Shown here piece by piece: positions 27,815 through 36,596 of a stretch of 36,641 nt of DNA. The position numbers and the translations under genes were made by a program. Numbering within the stretch: the stretch's first letter is position 1; every line of letters starts with the position of its first letter. Under the pieces are notes generated by a model that worked only from the letters and a program-made list of their open reading frames with translations, was not told where the DNA came from and did not search any database. The DNA lies in IMG/VR virus record IMGVR_UViG_3300044580_000418, positions 1-36,641 of that record; one strand, given 5' to 3'. Source of the DNA: a virus (lineage: Duplodnaviria; Caudoviricetes).

Positions 27815-27926
27815 TGTCCGGGACAAGGATCGAACCTGTATTGCCCAATTATAACCCTGTGCCTTCAGTATGTCCCTTACTCTTGCTCCCGACGAAATGG
27901 CATGGTTTTACAATTTGCTCCCGGAC
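27815..27926 (-). ncRNA. tRNA-like element (acceptor stem + T arm, non-canonical body)
   Basis: GTCCGGG/CCCGGAC-A acceptor stem; ACAGG-TTCGATC-CTTGT T arm; 80-nt middle with no clear D or anticodon arm. Confidence 0.6.
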
Positions 27927-28040
27927 GTAAAAAGCAGCGGCTACGTGGTAACGAATGAATTATTTACAGAAAGAATAATTGCAAAGTGAAACCGCTGCTT
28001 TGCGAAAGAACTCGCCCTTTGACCCGGGCCAGGTTGTATT

Positions 28041-28214
28041 TCAAAGCAATTCAGCAAATGCTTCCTCGCGGTGATAAAGGCGTTTTGATATATCGTGCAA
28101 TGTTTCACGGGCTTCCGAAGTTTCGGCCTGTTCGGCCAGCAGGTCGGCTTTGTGCCATTCGGTGCTGCTGAATCTTTTTGCCTGTTCGATGAGGTTTTTG
28201 TCTTTTTCGGTCAT
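28041..28214 (-). CDS. Small phage protein, 57 aa (not in ORF track)
   Basis: MTEKDKNLIEQAKRFSSTEWHKADLLAEQAETSEARETLHDISKRLYHREEAFAELL. Confidence 0.65.
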   Translation of the reverse strand: MTEKDKNLIEQAKRFSSTEWHKADLLAEQAETSEARETLHDISKRLYHREEAFAELL

Positions 28215-28222
28215 GGCTTGTG

Positions 28223-28609
28223 TTATTTGGCTGTGAGTGCTGCTCCCCGGATTCGTTCATCGATTTTGCCAGTTTTTGCAATGTTTCCATTTGCTGCAAC
28301 GAAAGCCGGTTGAACATCCATGTCAGGATTTCCACTTTCATCATCATCTCGTCCATATAGATCATTGGTTTTTATGAGTATTTCGAGTTTGTTCAGGTCG
28401 TAATGGATTTTGTGGCCAATCTTCACCGGAGCAAGTTTCCCCTGTTCTCGCCACCTGGTTATCAGTTTGCGGCCAAACCGACGGAAAGCATCATTCTGGG
28501 ATATCCGGGTTTTCACGAGTCCCTGTTCAGCCAGAACCTTTTTCGCTCCGATCTCAGCAGCTCGTTCAAGCATTGCAGCAAGTTTGTATTCCGGGATTTC
28601 GTAGATCAT
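28223..28609 (-). CDS. Excisionase-like DNA-binding protein
   Basis: AAEIGA...ISQNDAFRRFGRKLITRWREQGKL winged-HTH pattern. Confidence 0.65.
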   Translation of the reverse strand: MIYEIPEYKLAAMLERAAEIGAKKVLAEQGLVKTRISQNDAFRRFGRKLITRWREQGKLAPVKIGHKIHYDLNKLEILIKTNDLYGRDDDESGNPDMDVQPAFVAANGNIAKTGKIDERIRGAALTAK

Positions 28610-28971
28610 GCCAACTCATATTTATAAGTGCGTGATGAGCGTGTACGACAGCGGGCAAATGTTCTGACAGAAGCTACCCTTGCCCTTGCACGGACAGGAC
28701 GCCTCAGATCAAGGTCGTCGGCGATCATTGTTGCAAACTGAAGGACCAGCCCAAAAAGCATGGACACAACCATCCCGGGGTGCTTGATATCGAGAATGTA
28801 AATCCGGGTAATGTCGGCAATGTTGCGGGCGCCCAATTTCTGGAAGAGCCTCTTTTTGTAAGTGTGGACTGTTCCGGGAGAAAGGAAAAGCCGGTCGGCT
28901 ATTTCTTTCTCAATGTACCCCTGATGAATGAGGTCGGCTACCTGAAGTTCCCGGGTGGTGAGTGGTTCCAT
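28606..28971 (-). CDS. LuxR-type HTH regulator
   Basis: LTTRELQVADLIHQGYIEKEIADRLFLSPGTVHTYKKRLFQKLG. Confidence 0.9.
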   Translation of the reverse strand: MEPLTTRELQVADLIHQGYIEKEIADRLFLSPGTVHTYKKRLFQKLGARNIADITRIYILDIKHPGMVVSMLFGLVLQFATMIADDLDLRRPVRARARVASVRTFARCRTRSSRTYKYELA

Positions 28972-28973
28972 GG

Positions 28974-29228
28974 CTAAATAAGGACTTCGAGTTCCTGGCG
29001 GTTTCTTTCAATCATATTGGCAAGCCTGGCACGCTTCTCATCAGCTATTTTTGCGTGCTCAATTGCAAGGGAAATGATCCGGGGGTCACCATTCACCTTT
29101 CCCGAGATCACTTTGAAGGCCCATATCCAGGATATTCCAAGTTCATCGGCAATTTCCTTGATTGCACCCCTGGGGAGCTTTTTACGGAGCTCCGGGCTGC
29201 CTGTCTGTGATATTTCCTGTTGTACCAT
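28974..29228 (-). CDS. Cro-like HTH protein
   Basis: LPRGAIKEIADELGISWIWAFKVISG. Confidence 0.72.
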   Translation of the reverse strand: MVQQEISQTGSPELRKKLPRGAIKEIADELGISWIWAFKVISGKVNGDPRIISLAIEHAKIADEKRARLANMIERNRQELEVLI

Positions 29229-29275
29229 TTTTAGGGTAATGTTTTGTTTTATATTGTTTTGTTTATTTTTTGTAT

Positions 29276-29488
29276 TTACCTTTGAAATGAAGTTGAATCA
29301 AACTCCGGTGAAAGCAGGTTTAAACCTACGCTTGCAGCAGCCTTTCGCAGGATTTCATCATATGAATTCAGGTATTTCCTGTTGCCGGTAATGATGTAGC
29401 GGTACACCAGCGAGGCCTGTTTGAAAGCTTCGGCACTCATCAGGTTCCGGTGGAGTTCTTTCAGTTTTGGTGCGATATAGAGTTTCAT
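29276..29488 (-). CDS. Hypothetical protein
   Basis: 70 aa with A-rich leader, in the early operon. Confidence 0.55.
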   Translation of the reverse strand: MKLYIAPKLKELHRNLMSAEAFKQASLVYRYIITGNRKYLNSYDEILRKAAASVGLNLLSPEFDSTSFQR

Positions 29489-29505
29489 AATAAAAATGTT
29501 TTGAT

Positions 29506-29718
29506 ATGGTTGGAAGGTTTTTGTTACTGAATGAAAAAAAGACTGGGGGGGGTGAAAAAGCTATTATTGTCAATATTGACAATATTGGCCGAGTTTACTC
29601 TGAAAATGGAGGTACAACAATTGAAATGAATTACCTCAAAAGAGACGGTGTCACACAAGTTATTCATGTTGTTGAAGGTTTTGAGTGGTTGAAGACTGCT
29701 TTGGAAGCTCACCGTTAA
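29506..29718 (+). CDS. Small hypothetical protein, antisense to early operon
   Basis: IIVNIDNIGRVY...TTIEM...IHVVEGFE beta-rich pattern. Confidence 0.6.
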   Translation: MVGRFLLLNEKKTGGGEKAIIVNIDNIGRVYSENGGTTIEMNYLKRDGVTQVIHVVEGFEWLKTALEAHR

Positions 29719-29842
29719 TGAGGTATTTTTCAATTTCATGGGCCGTAGCTATTGCGCTGTATGAATCACAGTGAAATTTTGTAGCCAGGATCAGCGATTT
29801 GACCCGTAGCCTTCTTTGGAAATAGGTCTTTAAAGCTTTCAT
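29660..29842 (-). CDS. Hypothetical protein, first gene of the early operon
   Basis: 60 aa downstream of the leftward promoter; AHEIEKYLING. Confidence 0.5.
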   Translation of the reverse strand: MKALKTYFQRRLRVKSLILATKFHCDSYSAIATAHEIEKYLINGELPKQSSTTQNLQQHE

Positions 29843-29866
29843 CGTTCTTTGTTTTGTTTTGTTGGT

Positions 29867-29945
29867 ACAAATATAAACAAACTATTTGTGAATATACGAA
29901 CAATTTGTGAATTTTTTTCACATAAATGTAAATTATTCACTATCA
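29867..29945. promoter_or_regulatory. Leftward early promoter and repressor operators
   Basis: Minus-strand TATATTTG; palindrome TGTGAA-N5-TTCACA at 29906-29922 plus degenerate copies. Confidence 0.65.
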
Positions 29946-29964
29946 AGTTGTAAATGTGTGAGTT

Positions 29965-30399
29965 ATGATTAATGATAAGATATCAGGAAGGGCTTTTAAA
30001 ATTTATAAGGATTATTATTTGCGTGCGGTTATTCTCGAAATTGTCACCGAAAACGGGAGTCTTGATTTAGAGAAGGCGGGAATGGTGATTGCTCATAAAA
30101 TTAACGACGACAGCGATCAGGACGTTCTTTGGAAGACAACCCCCAAAGACAGCGCAGAGTCTTTTGGGGAGTTAATAAAACTAGGCTTATTGCAGCCTGA
30201 TGAAACCGGTAAACATGCCGTATTGACTGACTATGGCATAAATGCAGTAAGAAAGGCTACCTGGCATGTAACTGCATCTAATATGTGGGTTGGGTATAAA
30301 AGCTTGGTAATTGCAAATAAAGCGTTAAATGTTGCTTATGTTACTTTGGTTATTTCGCTATTGGTATTTGTGTTTACGCTGCTGGCTATTTTCAAGTAG
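29965..30399 (+). CDS. Hypothetical protein with C-terminal transmembrane helix
   Basis: LIKLGLL...LTDYG winged-helix-like segment; hydrophobic C-terminus. Confidence 0.65.
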   Translation: MINDKISGRAFKIYKDYYLRAVILEIVTENGSLDLEKAGMVIAHKINDDSDQDVLWKTTPKDSAESFGELIKLGLLQPDETGKHAVLTDYGINAVRKATWHVTASNMWVGYKSLVIANKALNVAYVTLVISLLVFVFTLLAIFK

Positions 30400-30716
30400 T
30401 ATGGCCACCCAAAAAGCATTGTATATGAACCATCTGGTAATGGAATAATGCCAGTAGGCAAAGGCCCTTTGTTCGTAAATCCACGGGGCTCGAAGAACCG
30501 ACGATAAAAAAGATATATAGCACGTATAATTATGAATTTATGATGATTGATAAAATACCCGTTTTGACAATAGAAATAAATTTCTGGCAAGAACATATCT
30601 TCAGTAAGATAGGGATTTTCCCACAAGTACTGCAATCGGCGTTCAAAGTCGGGATGTTTTTTTGCTTGGCCAATGCCAAATTTCTGTTGCACATGTCGGA
30701 CAATAACTGATGGCAT
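30336..30716 (-). CDS. Hypothetical protein
   Basis: Start placed at MPSVIVRH, downstream of the duplicated leftward promoter. Confidence 0.4.
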   Translation of the reverse strand: MPSVIVRHVQQKFGIGQAKKHPDFERRLQYLWENPYLTEDMFLPEIYFYCQNGYFINHHKFIIIRAIYLFYRRFFEPRGFTNKGPLPTGIIPLPDGSYTMLFGWPYYLKIASSVNTNTNSEITKVT

Positions 30717-30739
30717 ATTATTAAATTTTATTTGACACA

Positions 30740-30784
30740 ACAAATATAAACAAACATTATGTGAATATGCAAACAATAAGTGAA
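30740..30784. repeat. Direct repeat of 29867-29911 (promoter/operator copy)
   Basis: 38/45 identity by manual alignment; overlaps the repressor start. Confidence 0.75.
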
Positions 30785-31477
30785 AGGATTGAACTTTTGA
30801 TAGACGCATTAGATTTGAATATAAATTCATTCAGTAAGGCTCTTGGATATCCAAATAACAATGTTACTATCGGAAGGATTGTAAATGATAAAAGCAAAAA
30901 GCCAAGTCTGGAAACAACGGAAAAGATTTTAAGAACTTTTCCGCAAGTTAATCCAACATGGCTTGTTATTGGTGATGGCCCCATGTTTATTGAAGGAGAA
31001 AACCACAATACTGTTCCATATAAAAAACCTTCAGACGCCACCACGGCCCCTCTCATAAGCCAATATGCATACGCTGGTTACCTGGCCGGATTTGCCGATC
31101 CGGATTTCCTGGAATGTCAGCCACAGTTTACCGCATCGAAGAAACATAACGGAGGCCATTACATCGCATTTGAGATAAAAGGTGACAGCATGGACGACGG
31201 TACCAGGCGGTCGATCTGCGAAGGTGATATCGTCCTTGCCAGGGAGCTTCAAAAACTGCATTGGCAGAACAAACTACACATCCCGAAGGTTTTTATCATC
31301 GTGCATAAAACCGATGGGATCATTTGCAAGGAAATTGTGAAACACGATGTAAAATCAGGAGTGATCACATGCCACAGCTGGAACCCGGACCCTGATTATG
31401 AAGATTTTGAACTGAACCTGCACGATGTGATGCAGCTCTTTTATGTGAAGGAGATTTCGAGACAGAACAAGTATTAA
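30767..31477 (+). CDS. CI-like repressor (HTH + S24 peptidase)
   Basis: N-terminal HTH, VNPTWLVIGDG, AYAG cleavage site, IKGDSM, ICK. Confidence 0.92.
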   Translation: MQTISERIELLIDALDLNINSFSKALGYPNNNVTIGRIVNDKSKKPSLETTEKILRTFPQVNPTWLVIGDGPMFIEGENHNTVPYKKPSDATTAPLISQYAYAGYLAGFADPDFLECQPQFTASKKHNGGHYIAFEIKGDSMDDGTRRSICEGDIVLARELQKLHWQNKLHIPKVFIIVHKTDGIICKEIVKHDVKSGVITCHSWNPDPDYEDFELNLHDVMQLFYVKEISRQNKY

Positions 31478-31515
31478 ATGACTATTCTTGTGATAATCAA
31501 CATAAAATATTAAGC

Positions 31516-32919
31516 ATGGGATTCTTTGATTTTTTAAAAAAGAAAGAATTTGCAGAAATTGCTGAACTCAAAAAGTTACTTGAAAAGTACCAACCTGTCA
31601 TTGATAATGATATAGAAATTGCAAAGCAAAAAAGTACGTTTGATACATATAAATCAAATGCAGAGAAAGAACTTGAAGCAACAATTGCAAAAAGATCCCA
31701 AGAAATCGATGATGTAAATCTTAAGTTGGCAAAACTTAACAATGACTATATCCAATCACTTGAAATCTACACAAAACTCAAGAAAGAGATAAGTATCTAT
31801 GAGTCAAAGCTTGACCTGATTGAATTTGGGATATATGAGCCAGTTTATAACTTCGAAAAATCAGATGACTATCGTGCTGAATTACAGAAAGTTCTGGACA
31901 AGCAAAAACAAATGATTCAAGATGATGAAGCTGCTAAGTGCTCAACAAGTTGGACCGTTGAAGGAAGCGCTGCCAAAGGGAAAGTTGTAGTCAATAAATT
32001 CAAAAAGTTAATGCTAAGGGCATTTAATGGAGAATGTGATAGCATAATCGCCAAGGTAAAATGGAATAATTTTAACCAAATGAAAGAAAGGATTCAAAAA
32101 TTAAGAGAGTCCTTGAATAAGTTAGGTGAGGGTTTTCATGTTTCAATATCATTTCAATATGCAAATTTGAAAGAGCAGGAATTGATTCTTGAATACGAAT
32201 ATCAAGTTAAAAAGCAGAAGGAAAAGGAGGAACTTAGGAGGATACAGGAAGAACTACGCGAAGAGGAAAAAGCCAGAAGGGAAATTGAACAAGCTCAACG
32301 AGAGGCAGAAAAAGATGAAGCTAATTATCAAAAAGCATTGGAAAAGGCTCGAAAAGAGATAGAGCAGTCCACGGGAGAAAAGCACGACAGATTACTTGCT
32401 CAAATTCAAAAACTTGAACAAGACTTAAAGGAAGCCCAAGAAAAAAAGGAGAGAGCAATTTCGATGGCACAGCAAACTAAAAGGGGTCACGTTTACATTA
32501 TTTCGAACATTGGTTCGTTTGGAGAAGAAGTATTTAAAATTGGAATGACACGACGATTAGAACCAGAAGACAGGATTCGAGAGTTGGGGGATGCATCTGT
32601 ACCTTTTCAGTTTGATACACATGCACTCATTTATTCAGAGGATGCACCATCACTCGAAAATGAACTGCATCGAGTATTTGAGAAGAAAAGCGTTAACCTG
32701 GTTAACCTGAGGAAGGAATTCTTTAAAGTAACGATAGATGAAATAGAGGAAGCTGTAAAAAAGAATACTCCAGATGCTGAGTTTATCAGGTTACCTGAAG
32801 CTATGGAATACCGAGAAACCTTGGCAATTTTGGAGAGAATGAAAAACAAAGCTTCAGAAGAAACTATTGAACAAAAAATAAGAAGTGAATTTCCGGAATC
32901 TTTAATTCATACGAATTAG
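31516..32919 (+). CDS. DUF4041 + T5orf172 (GIY-YIG-like) protein
   Basis: LMLRAFNGECD, GHVYIISNIGSFGEEVFKIGMTRR, DASVPF, RKEFF. Confidence 0.92.
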   Translation: MGFFDFLKKKEFAEIAELKKLLEKYQPVIDNDIEIAKQKSTFDTYKSNAEKELEATIAKRSQEIDDVNLKLAKLNNDYIQSLEIYTKLKKEISIYESKLDLIEFGIYEPVYNFEKSDDYRAELQKVLDKQKQMIQDDEAAKCSTSWTVEGSAAKGKVVVNKFKKLMLRAFNGECDSIIAKVKWNNFNQMKERIQKLRESLNKLGEGFHVSISFQYANLKEQELILEYEYQVKKQKEKEELRRIQEELREEEKARREIEQAQREAEKDEANYQKALEKARKEIEQSTGEKHDRLLAQIQKLEQDLKEAQEKKERAISMAQQTKRGHVYIISNIGSFGEEVFKIGMTRRLEPEDRIRELGDASVPFQFDTHALIYSEDAPSLENELHRVFEKKSVNLVNLRKEFFKVTIDEIEEAVKKNTPDAEFIRLPEAMEYRETLAILERMKNKASEETIEQKIRSEFPESLIHTN

Positions 32920-32923
32920 GTTT

Positions 32924-33733
32924 ATGGAATTTTCAATTGAAATACACTTCCTGCCCAGCCGGTCGAAGGCTTACCCCGACGTGCTGAAACATGCCCGGTT
33001 GTTTTTCCAATTTTCGGATAACCCAAATATCCTCAAAATAACAGACGTTGACGAACTTTTTGGCCGCTGGGACGATTTCTCAATCGTGATTTTCAATGCA
33101 ACAAAATGGGCCGGAACAAATGTTTTCTTTTGCGGGAAACCAGTGCTACCTTACCGGAATGATTTCTTTTACACCCTGCAGGAAACAAAAACATGTTATT
33201 CAAATTTCCAAATTGTGTGCGATAAAGAAGGTTTTTGCATGGCTGCACCCTGGGGATGTCATCGGATAAAAAGCCTTGAAAAAAAGATAACAGGCCTTTA
33301 CGGAAATTTCTGGTACCGGTATGGACACTTTTTAAATGAAGATACCTGGGCGGTTGACAAGGAACGAATATTGAAAATACTGACCGAAGAAGCAAAATTG
33401 AAGATGCTGGATATTTGTCCGGGATTCGATGTTGAAAGAATCCGGCATTCAGTGAACAAGCTGCCAGAAATGATCAATCTTGATGAAAATTGGGAGATCG
33501 AGTACAAGGCAGACATAACCAGCGATGGCATGTTTATGGTCCCGGAAAGCATACATCACAAATTCATTGAACCGCCCAAAATAGCACCTGGGGGGCTAAA
33601 TATAAGAATCAACCAGGTTCCGGATAAAAAATTGGAAAGGGATGAAATTAACGACTTCCTGGACCAGCTCCTGGAACAGAAAAAGAAAAAGGAGAACCCG
33701 GGATCGGGGAAGTGGGAGGAGACGTCGTTTTGA
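32924..33733 (+). CDS. Hypothetical protein
   Basis: 269 aa, co-oriented with neighbours; scattered Cys (CY...C...FC...WGC...CP). Confidence 0.75.
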   Translation: MEFSIEIHFLPSRSKAYPDVLKHARLFFQFSDNPNILKITDVDELFGRWDDFSIVIFNATKWAGTNVFFCGKPVLPYRNDFFYTLQETKTCYSNFQIVCDKEGFCMAAPWGCHRIKSLEKKITGLYGNFWYRYGHFLNEDTWAVDKERILKILTEEAKLKMLDICPGFDVERIRHSVNKLPEMINLDENWEIEYKADITSDGMFMVPESIHHKFIEPPKIAPGGLNIRINQVPDKKLERDEINDFLDQLLEQKKKKENPGSGKWEETSF

Positions 33734-33764
33734 AAACCAATAATTACCTAAATAAACTAATATC

Positions 33765-34955
33765 ATGGCAAGCATTTTTAACAATTACATTTCAAAACAT
33801 TTAAGTGTTTTAGACCTACACGAGGAACTTAATAAATTGATGGAGAATTATAAACAAATTACAGGTCGGGATTTGTTTCTTTATGCAACAGATTTTGCAA
33901 AAGGGAGTAATCCAAGCGTAAATATCTCCTTATGTCAAGATGATTTTTACATTTTCCAAGATATGTTAAGAGAGGAAAAATTAAAAAAGATTGACATATA
34001 TTTGGAAACACCAGGTGGAAGTGGTGAAAGTGCTGAGGAAATTGCTCGTTTCTTACACAACAAATTTGATGAAATAAATTTTGTAATTGCAGGAGAAGCG
34101 AAAAGTGCAGGTACAATTTTGGCTTTATCAGGAGATAATATCTATATGACTGATACTGGAAGCTTAGGTCCTATTGATGCTCAAATTAAAATTGGCAGGA
34201 GTATAGTATCTGCATACGATTATAAAATTTGGATTGAAGAAAAAAGGGAAGAAGCTGAAAAATATAATCGATTAAATCCTTTGGATGCAATAATTGTTTC
34301 ACAAATATCACCAGGTGAAATTAAAAAAGTTATTAATGCGTTGGAATTTGCGAAAGATTTGGTAAGAGACTGGCTATCAACATATAAATTTAAGAATTGG
34401 AAAATCACTGAGAGCAGAAAGATCGAAGTTACACCTGAATATAAATTATCAAGAGCTCAAGAAGTGGCAGATGAATTGACAAATCAAACCAAGCTAAGGT
34501 CCCATGGACGTTCATTGAAAATTGAAGACTTAAGAAAATGGCTCATAATAGAGAGAATCGATGATAACGAAAACCTTAGTGACATAATTTACAGGATTAA
34601 AACAGTTATCCGCCTTATTTTTGATCAATCCTCAACCTTCAAATTATTCTTCTTTGGGAATAAAAAAATTATGCGAACTTATGCTACAACAAATCCAAAT
34701 ATTTCTTTGCCACTTCCATTTGGCCAAAAAATACCAATGGATAAAAATATAAAGATTGGTTTTAATTGCCCAAAATGTGGAATTGCTCATAATATAACTG
34801 GATTTACATCTTCCAATGGGAGATCGCAACAAATTAAGAATTCAAACGTAACAGAAAAAGATACTTTTATTTGCATTAATTGTGGTTTTGAAATAGATTT
34901 GAAGCCAATTAAAAATGACTTAGAGATTAAAATGAAATCAAAAATTTATTTCTAA
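33765..34955 (+). CDS. SDH-family ClpP-fold serine protease with C-terminal Zn ribbon
   Basis: LETPGGSGE, AKSAGTILAL, SLGPIDAQ, SHGRSL; CPKC...CINC. Confidence 0.88.
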   Translation: MASIFNNYISKHLSVLDLHEELNKLMENYKQITGRDLFLYATDFAKGSNPSVNISLCQDDFYIFQDMLREEKLKKIDIYLETPGGSGESAEEIARFLHNKFDEINFVIAGEAKSAGTILALSGDNIYMTDTGSLGPIDAQIKIGRSIVSAYDYKIWIEEKREEAEKYNRLNPLDAIIVSQISPGEIKKVINALEFAKDLVRDWLSTYKFKNWKITESRKIEVTPEYKLSRAQEVADELTNQTKLRSHGRSLKIEDLRKWLIIERIDDNENLSDIIYRIKTVIRLIFDQSSTFKLFFFGNKKIMRTYATTNPNISLPLPFGQKIPMDKNIKIGFNCPKCGIAHNITGFTSSNGRSQQIKNSNVTEKDTFICINCGFEIDLKPIKNDLEIKMKSKIYF

Positions 34956-35152
34956 TGGACACAATTCGACTTGAAATAATTGATGAAATGCAATCAACAA
35001 TTGAGTTCATCAACAAAACCAAGGAAGGTCATTTCTCGGAAAAAGAGAGCATCCTAAATGGCTATGTAATACGACACGAATTTCCTGAAGAACTTGACTT
35101 CCTTAATGATACTGAATTAATTGAACAATATCATTTCGGTCTATCTGATTGA
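34955..35152 (+). CDS. Small acidic hypothetical protein
   Basis: 65 aa; TAATG overlap with the protease gene. Confidence 0.6.
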   Translation: MDTIRLEIIDEMQSTIEFINKTKEGHFSEKESILNGYVIRHEFPEELDFLNDTELIEQYHFGLSD

Positions 35153-35228
35153 TTTACAACTATACACAATTACAACTAAATAATTTATAATTTTTTCTGA
35201 AGTTCATTTTCTGTTCTCTTCGTTGCTA

Positions 35229-36479
35229 TTATGAAATAAGAAATTCATCAATTACTTTCCTATTGGCCTCGTCGATAATCGAATAATCGTAATTGATGTA
35301 AATATCGGTTACTTTATTGTCCTGGTCTTCATGGCCCATGCACAGGGCCACATCGTCTTTCGGAATCCGGCAGTCGTTCCGGGCAATGGTGGCCCAGGTA
35401 TGCCGGGCCCAGTTGGTGGTTATGCTCACTGGAAAATCAAGTTTTCGTTCCGGATGCTCTATGTTTTCTTCCCGGAACTTTTCATGCATCCTTGAGCATA
35501 TGGATTGAAGGCCCACATTTGAGGCATGAAGGAAATACAAATAGTCAGTATACATTTCTGAAAAATTGAAAAGGGTTTCCCCGGCGCCCCGATATTTCTG
35601 AATCATTTCTTCCAGTTCCGGCTCCACCTTGATGCTGTAATCCCTGCCGGTTTTGAACCGCTTGTATTCCACCCTCCCCTTTTTCGGTGGTTTTACAAAA
35701 AACAAATCTTTGCTATTGATCCCGATCAAATAAAGCATGATCAGAAAAACATCTTTCCCCAGCTGCTCCCGCTGGGTTTCCGGTTTATAATGAATAAGCA
35801 GCCTGAGTTGATTTAGGGTGAGCCGGTTCAATTCTGTTTCTTTCTTTATTCTCTCAAATTTGAACTTCCTAAATGGGTAATTCGGAATTTTGATGATACC
35901 ACGGTCTTCATCATTGAACTTTTCTCTCGCAGCTTTGAACAGGAGCCTGAATTCACGCATATAATTGTCAACCGCATTCTTGACTCCCTGCCGTTTTAAA
36001 TAAGCTACAAAATCATTCAGGAAGCTCGTATCAATCTCATGAAAGTAAATTGTCTCCCGGAATTTTTTCAAATTTGAAATCACACCGGTAAGTCCGCGGG
36101 CTGATCCCGTTCGCCCCTGGGATAAAAGATTCTGTACATAACCATCGGCAAATTCCAAAAAATTGATCTGTTCAAGGGATGTTTCTTCCATCAATTGTTG
36201 TTTCAGCTCTTTCCCCGTCAATCTTTCCGGCAGACTCCCCATTTTCAGATAACGGTCTGTGTATTTTTTCAGTTCATCCCTGATTCTGCCATTCAGGAAA
36301 AGTACCGAATCATCGTTCCCTGTTGCCTGTCCTTTTTTAAATTTTTTGTGATGAACGAACAAATCTGTTGAAATATATTCCGGTTTTCCCTTGTGGGTTA
36401 TCCGGATTTTGATGTTGCTGGTTTTATCCTGCCGAATGTGAATGTCCCCTTTAAGGATCACTGCCTGAAAAGTCGCCAT
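35229..36479 (-). CDS. int: Tyrosine integrase
   Basis: Arm-binding N-terminus, SAM-like domain, GINSKDL, KRFKTG, WARHTWATIA, MGH...IY. Confidence 0.95.
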   Translation of the reverse strand: MATFQAVILKGDIHIRQDKTSNIKIRITHKGKPEYISTDLFVHHKKFKKGQATGNDDSVLFLNGRIRDELKKYTDRYLKMGSLPERLTGKELKQQLMEETSLEQINFLEFADGYVQNLLSQGRTGSARGLTGVISNLKKFRETIYFHEIDTSFLNDFVAYLKRQGVKNAVDNYMREFRLLFKAAREKFNDEDRGIIKIPNYPFRKFKFERIKKETELNRLTLNQLRLLIHYKPETQREQLGKDVFLIMLYLIGINSKDLFFVKPPKKGRVEYKRFKTGRDYSIKVEPELEEMIQKYRGAGETLFNFSEMYTDYLYFLHASNVGLQSICSRMHEKFREENIEHPERKLDFPVSITTNWARHTWATIARNDCRIPKDDVALCMGHEDQDNKVTDIYINYDYSIIDEANRKVIDEFLIS

Positions 36480-36546
36480 GGATTTATAAAATATTTATAA
36501 AGGTTCAGGTTCAAAAGTACATTATTTTCGTGTATTTTGGGTTAAT

Positions 36547-36575
36547 AAAAAAAGGGCCTCATTTCTGAAGCCCTT
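36547..36575 (-). terminator. Rho-independent terminator downstream of tRNA
   Basis: AAGGGCTTCA-GAAA-TGAGGCCCTT followed by a T tract. Confidence 0.85.
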
Positions 36576-36596
36576 GAATTACTTGATTTTCTGCGG

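Noticed and set aside
27815-27926. Canonical tRNA or tmRNA
   Set aside because: No clear anticodon or D arm, and no G3:U70 alanine identity pair
28105-28365. 86-aa ORF
   Set aside because: Overlaps both the Xis-like gene and the better 57-aa ORF 28041-28214; a short real N-terminal part cannot be excluded
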